64,000 nt of DNA from Rhina ancylostomus (lineage: Eukaryota): NCBI GenBank assembly GCA_030265395.1, contig JARFYF010000051.1, forward strand, positions 12,531,050 to 12,595,049, given 5' to 3'. Each line of letters begins with the position of its first letter. The stretch's first letter is position 1. A program made the translations under genes and the position numbers. This document shows, in pieces, positions 52,186 through 64,000 of this stretch. The notes under the pieces are model-generated. The model saw only the letters and a list, made by a program, of their open reading frames with translations, did not search any database and was not told the origin of the DNA.

Positions 52186-54719
52186 TGAACTTGGTTTCTC
52201 AGCAAGGCGACACCAACAGTACCTCATAANNNNNNNNNNNNNNNNNNNNNNNNNNNNNNNNNNNNNNNNNNNNNNNNNNNNNNNNNNNNNNNNNNNNNNN
52301 NNNNNNNNNNNNNNNNNNNNNNNNNNNNNNNNNNNNNNNNNNNNNNNNNNNNNNNNNNNNNNNNNNNNNNNNNNNNNNNNNNNNNNNNNNNNNNNNNNNN
52401 NNNNNNNNNNNNNNNNNNNNNNNNNNNNNNNNNNNNNNNNNNNNNNNNNNNNNNNNNNNNNNNNNNNNNNNNNNNNNNNNNNNNNNNNNNNNNNNNNNNN
52501 NNNNNNNNNNNNNNNNNNNNNNNNNNNNNNNNNNNNNNNNNNNNNNNNNNNNNNNNNNNNNNNNNNNNNNNNNNNNNNNNNNNNNNNNNNNNNNNNNNNN
52601 NNNNNNNNNNNNNNNNNNNNNNNNNNNNNNNNNNNNNNNNNNNNNNNNNNNNNNNNNNNNNNNNNNNNNNNNNNNNNNNNNNNNNNNNNNNNNNNNNNNN
52701 NNNNNNNNNNNNNNNNNNNNNNNNNNNNNNNNNNNNNNNNNNNNNNNNNNNNNNNNNNNNNNNNNNNNNNNNNNNNNNNNNNCACAGAGACTTTATTCCA
52801 GTATTCTCCAAGGATAAGGGCTTGTACAAGACAGTATCACACTCAAGAGAAGAAAGCTGCCTTTTCAGGAAGTCAACAAATACAGAAAAATGTTTCCCTG
52901 GAATTTTCTGTCATTTTTGGAAATTTTGTTGGCTACAAATAAATAAAAAAATTATGGAATCATCCCATAAACTGCCAATATTTAAAGATCCAAGGGTGAA
53001 AATCTAAATTTTATATGAACTTTTAAATTATGTTTTTGCAACTTGTACTTTTACTGCTGAACCTGAGGTGCTATTTTGCATTTTCAGGTAAAACACTATT
53101 GACTCTGTGGCCATTTGAAGGGTCAATTCATAAGTGGGAATGATTATCACAATCCAATGTTAGAACCTAATTCAAGTGCTTTCCCAAGTGATTGCTTCCC
53201 TCTGTTGTTTAAATGCAGAGTACCACTCATCTGTAAAACAAGATCTGCTGCATGGTTTCTTCAGCTACATGTTCCACTTTAGGTGTGTGCGTTCAGCTCT
53301 GCTGGGCCAGAGAAAATTCCTCAGCAGATCTCAATGCAGTCACAGTTACATGACAACGACCAGACACAGAGCTCATTTTTAAGTTCATGAGGCATAGCAC
53401 CATCTGCTGCTGTTTCCAGCTGCCTCCTCACTACAGAGACGAATGCTGTCTATTACATGGAATCATTTATTGACACATTTGCAGAGTACCATGCCCCTGG
53501 AAAATTTAATCCCTCCAGCATGTGGCATGCATCAATTAATTGGGTAGTTCATCACTTGCAGCAAAGCTTCCTCAATTCAGTGTGGCGTTGATCCTGTTGA
53601 ATCTATAGATTCACTCTTCTCTCAAATGCAACACCATAAAGCTTCTTTGTTGCCTTGATTTAGTGAATGAGACAATTGTCAAGGGATCAAAAGCTGAAGT
53701 TTACACAATTGCAACTAATCAGAAATAGCAAAAGGTAAACTCTTTATTAACATCAATTTGACTAGGCCTTGAGAAGTAGTTCTCAAGTTATTGTAATAAA
53801 AGGGCTCTCCTGATGCTGACACAAACTCCATTCTAATAAGTCACAGGAATTATATTAAAATAATAAGCTCTGTTCACCTTGAAGTTATAATTCCAACAAA
53901 GGTCAAAAAGGTTTCCTGTATAAAACAATCTACAATACCAATGTCAGAAATTTTAAAAAAATACTGTGTGGTTCCAGATTAACAGCCTTGATGTGAAAAA
54001 TAAATCAGATTTCAAAACTTGATTATGTTTGAATGCACAAATGTAAACTTTAGAAAGCCTAAAATTATAACAATAACTTAAGAGGTGACTGCTATAAACT
54101 TGTGTTTGTCCATTTATTAAACATTTTTAAAAACTAAGGTTGCTGGTTCAGATGAACAATGTTTCAAATATACTCAGATAGACATCTGAAGATCAGCACA
54201 ACCAGTGTTGTAAATTCTGCATTCAAAGGAGATTTTTATTTTGATTGTACTATTTAGAAATTTGCACTGAGAGTAAACATGACTGTATTTTTTGGGGCTA
54301 CATTTTAAAAGCCTTAACTAACACAAGTTAGGAAAGTCAGTCAAGAAAGGTTTAATTTGTACTCCTCATATGCAGGTTCTGTGAAAAATCTACATCTACC
54401 TCTTAAAATTCAATTCTGTTCAGATTCTGATTAAAGCATGAAGACAATATTAAATTATTAAAAAAATACTTCTCTTCTTTTGAACAAAGATTCAAATGGG
54501 TGAAATTAGCAGTTGATATCCACAACCAAAGCAGGTCAGGAAGACATGCGTGATGGGTGAATGGGAAGTGAACTATAGTAACAAGAGCAAAGAGGATTAA
54601 AGGTTGGTTATGAAAATACTTGGAATAGTTAAATCTGAAAGTAAATTGAAGGTGGATCAAGGAAAAAGCAAAAGGCAGATGATATAACACAGACAGGGGA
54701 AAAAAAGTATTTGCCTCCA

Positions 54720-55308
54720 TCACCACTCCAGGAAACGCATTTCAGGCACCCAGCACTCTCCTTTGAACTTACTCCATATCACCTTAAATGCATGCCCTCT
54801 GGTATTAGACATTTCAACCCTGGGGAAAAGATACTGGCTGTCTACTCTATCTANNNNNNNNNNNNNNNNNNNNNNNNNNNNNNNNNNNNNNNNNNNNNNN
54901 NNNNNNNNNNNNNNNNNNNNNNNNNNNNNNNNNNNNNNNNNNNNNNNNNNNNNNNNNNNNNNNNNNNNNNNNNNNNNNNNNNCCCTGTAATCCAAGCAGT
55001 ATCTTGGTAAACCTCTTCTGCACCCTCTCCAAAGCCTCAACATCCTTCCTATAATGGAGCAACCAGAACTGAATGCAATACTCCAGATACGGCCTAACTG
55101 AAGTTTTATAAAGCTGCAGCATAATTTCCTGACTCTTGAACTCAGTGTCTTGACTAATGAAGGCAAACATGCCATATGCCTTCTTTACCGCCCCATCAAC
55201 CTATGCAGCCATTTTCAGGGAGCTATGAACTTGCACCCTAATATCACTCTGCTCATCAACAGAGTTAAGGGTCTTGCCATTAACAGTGTACTGTCTCTTT
55301 ACATTTGA
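54720..55308 (-). mobile_element. CR1 3' fragment (spans a gap)
   Basis: Translates to FAFISQDTEFKSQEIMLQLYKTSVRPYLEYCIQFW...KDVEALERVQKRFTKIL. Confidence 0.88.
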
Positions 55309-56659
55309 GCTCTTGGCTCTTGTATGAAAATATAAAGCAATTATGTTGCAGCAAGAGAAATTGGGCATGTAGGGATAGGAAAACCAATTGCGATTGAATA
55401 CTTGGATTCTAAATTGCAAAAGAATCAAAGAAAATGTAAATTAAAGTGGATCAGTTTACTGCCCAATAATCTTCAGAAGCTGCATCAAGAGACAAAGTTG
55501 GGGAGGACTTTAAAATATATGCAAAACTTTATTTTAATTTACCACTGTTCATATGATTTCATAATATATTCCAGTATTTTTGAACTCTACGGTAAACCTA
55601 ATACAGGTTACAATTATAAATAGAAAATATTGAAAATATTCAGCAAGTCGGACAGAACATGTGGAATATTAAACAAAGATAAAATTATCTCTCTCTCTGC
55701 CAATGCTGCTTGATCCACTGACTTGCAGCATTTCTGATTGCATTGTAGATTTCCAACATCTGCAGTTTTTTGCTTCTGAACGATTACAACTTACATTCAG
55801 TTTCACAAATACCAGCTGCTGCCCTTAATACTTTCATAACCTTTCAAAAAATTGAAGGAGATATACAACAAAAAACTGATTACAACCAATTTTTAATGCT
55901 TTGCCTTCATTAAGGAAAAACAAACTTCAAAAGCTGATTTCAGACCATTGCAGCAGTCAAGGCAAAGATTCTGTTTTGAAACATTGGATGTCTTAGCTAT
56001 TGAGCAGGTTTGTAAATACAGGAGCAGAATAATCCAAACTGACTTGATTTAAAGTAAAAATCCTCCACTAGTCCAATATTCATCCAACACTTAAAATCCG
56101 TGATACAAACAACGGATTGATTTACAGCTGTTTAGATTACATAGCTATATGAGTTAGCACAGATACCTGAAAGCACTTTCCTATGAAATCCAGGTGCACA
56201 CAGGAAGAAATTAATCCATTCAACACAAAATGATTGTTGAATAATTGAACAAATTTTCATTAACATTATTTTTGTTTCTGTCTTACCATTTCTTCCATTG
56301 GGAGGTGCAGGTTCTTTTCTTATTAGCTTAATTTGTTCATTAGCAAGTTTGTAAAAGGTATGTGCGAGTATGAAAACACACGCCCTTCTCTTAGATTTCT
56401 CACTCCAAGGTACTGAGCTCATTGCCTGCCCACTATCAATCATAACTAGTACTCATTTCCTAAAGGGAAAGTGTCACAACTTCACATCAAACAATTGGGT
56501 GTAAGTATGTTGTTTTCATACTCCAGTGGTCCTGCAGTACAATCCCTCTATAATTAGACAATTCACAGAATTCTGTTTATCAACAGCTGAATAACTAATT
56601 TTCATCAAAATTGGATTAACACTGGACAGAGAAAGCAAATTTGGAACTGAATAAAAATT

Positions 56660-56905
56660 GAGACACAAAACATTCTGCAGATGCTGGAATCTGGAGCAAT
56701 ACACAAAAAGTGCTGGAGGAACTCAGCAGGTCAGGCAGCATCCATGNNNNNNNNNNNNNNNNNNNNNNNNNNNNNNNNNNNNNNNNNNNNNNNNNNNNNN
56801 NNNNNNNNNNNNNNNNNNNNNNNNNNNNNNNNNNNNNNNNNNNNNNATCCATGGAGAGAAATAAACAGTCGATGATGTTTCGGGCCAAGACCCTTCATCA
56901 GGACT
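56660..56905 (-). mobile_element. Penelope-derived repeat with a hammerhead motif (3-nt insertion in the core)
   Basis: Minus strand reads AGTC-CTGATGA-A-GGGTCTTGGCCC-GAAAC-ATCATC-GACTG. Confidence 0.7.
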
Positions 56906-57709
56906 TCAAAGCAATTAATAAAAATTGCTTTGAATGCTTTCCTGACTGCAGTTTTTCTAAGTTCTGGCAATGCCTCTGAAATAGGCTGCATACTTCATTG
57001 CTTGTGATGGTGAAATAAACTGTTACCTGCTGTTAAACAATGACATTTTTGTTGCAGTTTAGACAATTTACTTTTAATGCTCATATTTCCAATTTCATTC
57101 CGTAAAATTTTATTTTGTTCTGACTACAAAAGCCAGATGTTCCTCTGAATTCTTCATAAAAATTTCATTTTTAAAAAACAAGTTCTGGTCATTGATATTT
57201 TATCTCAATCACCTGCAACCTTAAACCATCATTCCCTCAAGATAACTTCCCACTGTATACTGAAAATTGATGCTCAACTTCTTAGTTGCTGTACAAGTCC
57301 CACATAAATAAATTGAGTAACATGCAATAACTATAACAGCATGGAGCTAAATCTGGAATTGTGGTGTACAAGTTACTTTTCTTAATTGCTTAAACAAATG
57401 GACAGAAAAGAATCCCCTATGATACAAGTGTCATCTCTTATCATTTTCAGTGGATGGAAGGGACATATTGAAAAAGATGACAGGATGCAGAAGTACTGCG
57501 TCAATGAAGATGGCATTCCATATTTCCAAGTGCTTCACATAAATAAAATTTTGAATTCCAGCAATTGCCATTTTAAAGTAATACAATAGCAATCCTGATT
57601 TATACAATTGTATTAACATAGAAATATGAAACCGGATACCATTAAATATTTTGTTCTATAAATAGAGGCATGGGATCACTAATGTCCATCTGTACAATGA
57701 GCAGAGGTG

Positions 57710-58068
57710 CAGTGAAACTTCAATAATCTGGCATCATAAATCCTTAAGGTGCAGTGTTTGGCTCACTGACAGTCTAGGACATGAGCCAAGGTTTCAGAGT
57801 ATAAGCAGAGTATGGCCAGAAGTCATGGGTCCAGATCACAAGGGGTCAGGGACTCTTTTTTAGGTTTGCAGCCAAAGCCAGGGTCTGGAGTACTGGTATA
57901 TTTCCAGCTACATTTAAACTCAACAGGTTCACTGAAAATATTATATTACTGCTTAACATGTAAAAAAATGTTTAATAAAATTGTGTGTGAAACACGCAAT
58001 TGTCTGGAAAACTTGCTGGTCCAGCATTACCAAAGTCCCAATAGTGCCAGATTATTGAAGTTTTACTG
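57710..58068. mobile_element. Tigger/pogo-like MITE, 359 bp, 24-bp TIRs
   Basis: CAGTGAAACTTCAATAATCTGGCA ... TGCCAGATTATTGAAGTTTTACTG (23/24 complementary). Flanks are TG (probably a mutated TA) and TA. Confidence 0.85.
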
Positions 58069-60329
58069 TATAAAGTTCAATTTCTTAACTGAAAGACTGT
58101 TTCTGAGACTAATCCTCAAGTCTTCCAGTGCAGACACTGAATGCATAGTTAGGGTTTGTATATATACAACTGATAAAGGATAAGCTGACACAAAATAACT
58201 GTGGTGCATAGTTCATAAGGGGTTAAACATTGCCTGGATCAAATGGGACTGTTTAGGAATTTTAAAAGAGACACAATGAACTTCTGTTTAATGCTATCAA
58301 AATGCTTTCTCAATCCAGAATACATCTGCTTGTTATATTTTGAAAGTTCCATTTTCTTTTTCTCTGACAGCAGACTAGTACTTGGAAACTGAGTGGCATC
58401 TGCCAGGTACTGTTGAAATATTGTGATAGCATGGACAAGGACAGGTGCTGTAAATTAAATGGATTTACACACAGTAAATGTGAACTTCCTTCTGATGATT
58501 TAAATTTTATGTGACACTCAAAATTTAAAGTTTGAAAAAATGATACAAAAATCCATATATTTATATTATAGCTTGGAATTCACTTCCAATTAGCAACATT
58601 TTGAACTCTTAAAAGGATTCATTCCCATTTCTCAATATCATAAAAGCATATTTGGGTATCATGAACTTAGTTATGTTGTCAAGGATACAATGCAGAAGTA
58701 ATCCAAAATATAAACCACCTTTTTATATTGCCATGGTCATATTCCGAGCTGTACAATTTCTAAATCTAACTTAACTGGGATGAGGTGGGTGATTTTTATG
58801 GCAGAAAAAGAGTGGACAGAGAAAGGTGGAGGCCATGGTGGTGGAAGACAGGCAAGAAAATACCGGGAGCCTACAAATAAGAACTCTGTATATCAAAACA
58901 TCACAGACATTAGAAATCTGAAAGTGCGAAAAGAGAAATAGAATTAACATTTCAGGTAATCTTTCAGAACTGTTTATAAATTCTGCAATTCCAATGAAGG
59001 ATCTTTGTCCCAAAATGTTAACTCTGTTTCTCTTTCCACACAGACTGCCTGATTTGCTTCATTTTCCATTTTCATATCAGTGATTTGAGGCTGAGAACTA
59101 GCAGACAGGGATGCTCAAGGGGGAAAATAAAAGCAAAAAAATCCTTCCCAATGAATTAACCATTTAAAAAAAAATACATAGGCAGGCATGCAAAATGATA
59201 AACATTTGTAAAATCACCAAGTTACAGTGGAATTAATAATTCCTTCTTTACTGGCTTGCTTACAACCATGCAGCAAGAATGAAATTTCAATTGTCCTTGA
59301 GTCATAGCACTCACAAACAAGACTGTTGTAGCTTCCCGACATTGCTTCAATAAATATATTGGCATCTTTTCAGTTTATTCAGACAATTTCAATATTAAAA
59401 TAATTTTATACATGGCATTCTGAATTGCGGCAGGCTGCAAATTTTATATTTTATTAAAATTCAAAATCATGGTTTTGTTCCATTAGTAATGTTTAGTTTG
59501 CATTTATAACTGCTTACAAAAAAAGTGCAGTTTTTTTTAAACTTCAACATAACATAAACAAGACGATATGTGTTATTTATTTGAAATATGGTTCCTAGTA
59601 ATCAATAACATCTGAAAATATGAACTACCTTTTTATATTGCCATGATCACATTACAAGGCGTACAATTTCTAAATCTAACTTAATTGAACAAAGAAGATA
59701 AATAACCAGAAACTACCCATTACTTCCTCTTTGTGACACCAACTTGTTGATTAGTCTTGAAGTTGGTTCCAGAGACATTAGTTTTGCTTGGCTGCGAGGC
59801 AAACTTGCCTCCATCAGCGTGGCATGGGTTCTAAATACAAAGAGTGGTACACCAATTAAATCTTTGGAAGAAACATTACGCAGAAGCTCCGTCTGTCTAT
59901 TTTTGGTATACAGGTGAAAGCTAAAAATTGCAAGACTTTATATGCAGAAAAATTAGAAATTCATACAGATTTGAGCAAAGGACAAATCTGAACTCCTCAA
60001 GTCTGTAACTGTATTCTAATTTTTCTCCATACAACTGGCAAATCTAACATGCCTGCTTCTTCTCCAATATTTGTCCTCTTCAAGCAACAATTTAATGTCC
60101 TGTCAATTATTAACTTATGGTCCAATAACAGTTAATGCCAGATTGAAATGAATTTTTTCTTCACCTCACCTACATGAACATTTTTTCCACTGTTTCTTGA
60201 ACTGTTTCTTTTTTCTGGTCTGCTGGCCAATATTTTCCCCTTAATCTATCAAATTTAAGTTGCGTGATCATTCAGTTAATTTGTGCTTATAGGAGGCCAT
60301 GAAGAAAAATGGCACTTGGACAAAATTCT

Positions 60330-60735
60330 TTGTACAAATGAGGATGAGTCAAGTGAGCTAGGGCTTTTCCCTCTGGAGAGAAGGAGGATGATAGGTGACT
60401 TGATAGATGTAAACAAGATGATAAGAGGTATTGATCGAGTGGACAGTCAGAGACTTTTTCCGAGGGAGAAAATGGGAAGTATGAGGGGGCATAATTTTAA
60501 GGAGAGTGTAGAGGAAGGTACAGTGGGAATGTCAGAGATGTTTTTTTTTACAGAGTGGTGGGTACATGGAACACACTGCCAGCAGAGGGGCAGATACATT
60601 TGGGACATTTAAGAGACTCTTAAGACAGCCACATGCATGATAGAAAAATGGAGGCCCATGTGGGAGGGGAGGGTTAGATAGATCTTAGAGCAGGATAAAA
60701 TGTTGCACAACATCATGGGCCAAAGGGCCTGTACT
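60330..60735 (+). mobile_element. CR1 3' end
   Basis: Translates to [38 protein letters not shown], plus tail GGGCCAAAGGGCCTGTACT. Confidence 0.85.
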
Positions 60736-61414
60736 NNNNNNNNNNNNNNNNNNNNNNNNNNNNNNNNNNNNNNNNNNNNNNNNNNNNNNNNNNNNNNNNN
60801 NNNCTTTCTGCAATAATGCACTCCGCAACCTGAAATATAGTATAAAGTAATGAAAAACAACACTGTTCAACAGCAAGGCTCAGACATGATTAACTCCTTG
60901 TACTGGGCTAGGAAATTAAAATTTTATAACCTCGAGTTCATCATTTCATTATTATATACAATACAATGAAGGGTTCGAGTAACCAATTATCATTATTTTT
61001 CTATGCCGAGTTATGGTACAAATGAAGACTACTGAACTGACCACCCAATGATGCAATTTAATAAATGGATCTAGATAGGGAAGCCGAAATGAACCATGCT
61101 CACCTGCAATGACAGTTCACCAGTAAAACAGCCTGAAACATTTGATGATATGTATGATGACAAAAAGAAACATAACCTGCATTTATCTGGAACTTTATCA
61201 AACCTCTCATGCACTTACCAAAATATTTCCAACAGTAAATTAATGTGAAGTCAGCATTATAAATAAGTTTGAAATTTAGTGCAAACTGAAAATCAAACAT
61301 CAAATAGCTTTTAAAAAGAAATTTAGTTGTTTAAAAGAGTACAAGATGACAATGTTTAAATCACATCAAAATAGTAGTCTTTCAATTTTATTCATGCAAA
61401 GACTGACAATAGGA

Positions 61415-62335
61415 TTGGTGATAGGAGGCAGAGATTAGTAGTGGATGAGTGTTTTTCTGACTGGAAGTCTGTAACAAATGATGTGCAGCAGGACTCGGAG
61501 ATAGCGAAGTAAGTTGTTTAAAGACATAGCTAGACATTGATCAACTGGAAAGTTTGGCACAGTAGTGGCAGATTGAATTTAATCCACACAAGTGTGAGGA
61601 AATGCACCTAGGAAAGTCAAATTCTGGTAGGACATAGAGTAAATGGCCGGAACCTTAGGAGCACTGATATACAAAGACACCTTCGGGTGAAAGACCACAG
61701 CTCGCTGAAACTGACAACACAGGTGGATAGGGAAGTGAGAAAGGCATTTGGTGTGTTTGCCTTCATTGGCCAAGGCACTGAGAATTGGGATATCATGTTG
61801 CATTTGAAGAAAACATTGGTTAGACTGCACTCTGGAGTATTGTGTATAGCTACCACTCTACAAGGATGTGGTAATAATAGAGAGGGTGCAGAATAAATTC
61901 ACCAGGATGTCGCCTGGACTGGAGGGCTGTAGCTTTAAGGAGATCTTGGAAGTTTATGAGGACATATATCATCAGAATCCTTTACCCCAGGACAGGGACG
62001 TCTAGAACTAGAGGGCCCAGGTTTAAAGTAAGAGGGGTGAAATTTAAAAGAAATTTGAGGAGTAACCTTTGTAATAGTTAACTTACACTTGTAACATTTT
62101 TTTCCCACTCAGAGAATGGTAAACATCTGGAATAAACTGCCAGAGCAGGTGGTGGTGGCAGATACAATTACAATGTTCAAGAAGTGTTTGGGCAGGTACT
62201 TGAATATGAAAGGTGGAGAGGGATAACGGGCCTAATGAGGGCAAGTGGGATTAGTGTTGATAGGCATCAGAGATAGCATTAATGAAGTAGGCCAAAAGGG
62301 TCAATTTCTGTGCTGTATGATTTTATGAATCTATG
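61415..62335 (+). mobile_element. Degraded CR1 RT to 3' fragment
   Basis: Translates to SLKLTTQVDREVRKAFGVFAFIGQG.E...IMLHL.KTLVR, with a CR1 tail ending TCTGTGCTGTATGA...TCTATG. Confidence 0.82.
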
Positions 62336-62476
62336 TACAGCAGCAAGTAAAATTATTAATTTGTGTTTTCAGAGGTGTATTCTATTCAACAAATGAAGGG
62401 CACATAAATAGCATAAAAAACACCCAATATTATGTTTGCAGAATTCATGGGAGGATGACAGATGTAGTGCACAAAC

Positions 62477-62558
62477 CTCTTCTGCAAGTTCAAATCTTGT
62501 CTTGCCCGTTCTTGAGCCAGCTCTTGGGAAATTTGTTTTCTGACCTCCTCATTAGTAA
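62477..62558 (-). CDS. CHCHD3: CHCHD3/MIC19 internal coding exon (82 nt, probably exon 3): (V)TNEEVRKQISQELAQERARQDLNLQK(R)
   Basis: Minus strand reads ttgttcctctctgcag|TTACTAAT...CAGAAGAG|gtttgt, phase 1 in and phase 2 out. The peptide resembles the recalled CHCHD3 segment EEL(R/K)xxIAEELALEQAKKESEDQKR. Confidence 0.9.
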
Positions 62559-64000
62559 CTGCAGAGAGGAACAACAACAGAAAAAACTAAGCAGAGTAAA
62601 AGCAACACAAGCTCTGAAACAACCATCATCGGCTATATATTAAAGAGCCACATAATCCAGGACCACAAAATAGAACAAATACATCCAATTGCTTAAAAAT
62701 ACATTTCATACTGGAGTTGAAGAAAAAGTGTTTGCTCTGCTTCCTTTCAGCAAGAGTGAGATCATGACCAACTGTGACAAGATATTTTCTGATATTGGCA
62801 GCATTTCATTATTTTTCCCCAATATCATTTCCAGGATGACCATTCCTTCATACATCTTGTGGCTTGTAAAACTGAAGTTGTCAAATTAGACTTTAGACAT
62901 GACAGGTATTTCCCAACACAAGAATAGACACTAATGCATTAAATATTTTAAGATAAAAAATTATTTTTTTTAAAATCAAGTTGCAGTTGAAATGACAGAA
63001 GTTTGTAAATGGCTTCCTGTTCATGAAAAGCCTTGATTTACTTTCTCTCTCATCCCCTGCAACATCATAGCCTCAATTGAGGGTAGAAAACATTATCTCC
63101 AGAATTTTTATGTAACTGCTATATCACTGTTTGAGATCATATATTTCTCTAAAATCTCTATAACTTATCTGACATGGAAAAGCTTATATTACCATGGCGG
63201 GGAAAAAGCACTTAAAAACTTTATTTCTTGTTCACATTCATCGTGCAAGTTGAACACTTCTCACAAACATCATATATAAATTAAATTTATCTGAGGATAG
63301 TTCACATTGTCATGGAGTTGGTTATTAAAACGTGCTAAAATATAACACCACTACAGTATGGCTCATTAGGTTACATTTGGAATCTTTTGGCATCCACATC
63401 TAGGTGCAAAATAATTTGTCTTTCCACATCTACTTTATTGTTTCAATAAATTTCTGACAAACTACAGATTGATAACAAAAAATGTATTGTGTCCGAGAGT
63501 AACACATAGGTAGAATGACATTTTATCAAAATACAGTAACTTTGATGTTTAACTGTGGCAAAAATGTCACTTGAAAGTATGCTTACAAAAATAATTAAAG
63601 ATTACAGTTGTTGCTGCTTAAGATTGAAAAGTTCAAGTTTATTGAAAAGTGTTGTTTAATCTTATTAAGACACCAAGATTAAATGTTATTTTTAATGCAA
63701 TAAGATATCATATTTTCAAATGTAAATGGCAAAGATGAGCTTTTATCCATGTTGATTCTTCACTATTAAAAAGATGAAACAAACTAGCTCTTAGTGACAT
63801 AGTATTTTTGTATATGACATACACTTTCAAGTCAAGAACCAAATCAAATTAGAGCTCCCCTTTAATCACGTGCTGATTATAAAATTCCCAACAGTGGCGA
63901 TCTTTGGCATGTTCAGTACAAATTGGAAGTGCCCACAAGTAATTTAATAATGAAATCAGAAATGAGAAACATCACTGCTGTATTCATGCAGAAGGTGGTT

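Larger units (their letters stand above)
35493..62476 (-). other. CHCHD3: ~27 kb GT-AG intron of CHCHD3 between the two exons
   Basis: Donor gt at 62475-62476 and acceptor ag at 35493-35494; phases are compatible. Confidence 0.8.

Noticed and set aside
61104-61132. AG...CAG|GTGAGC 29-nt pseudo-exon on the minus strand
   Set aside because: It is frameshifting with an in-frame TGA. Such site pairs are common by chance and there is no further support.

Overview
This is vertebrate genomic DNA, AT-rich and repeat-dense, with many N gaps. The repeat content (CR1/HER1-type LINEs, V-SINEs, Deu-type SINEs, Rex/Babar, RTE, Penelope-derived repeats) points to a cartilaginous fish, probably a ray (inference). 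The whole window appears to lie inside one minus-strand gene, CHCHD3/MIC19 (MICOS subunit). Two coding exons are identifiable (62477-62558 and 35348-35492), with canonical AG/GT boundaries and compatible phases. The rest is intronic: decayed LINE/SINE fragments, three solo LTRs with 4-bp target-site duplications plus one truncated copy, and TA-targeting MITEs. Most other ORF-track entries are repeat remnants, chance ORFs or N-gap artefacts. I cannot demonstrate a new biological system. The best leads are an 88-bp near-perfect hairpin (14885-14972), minimal hammerhead-ribozyme motifs in Penelope-derived repeats in pre-mRNA sense, and a frame-preserving 18-nt candidate microexon. Repeat family names come from recalled consensus similarity rather than a search. 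Repeat boundaries are approximate unless a TSD or TIR is quoted.
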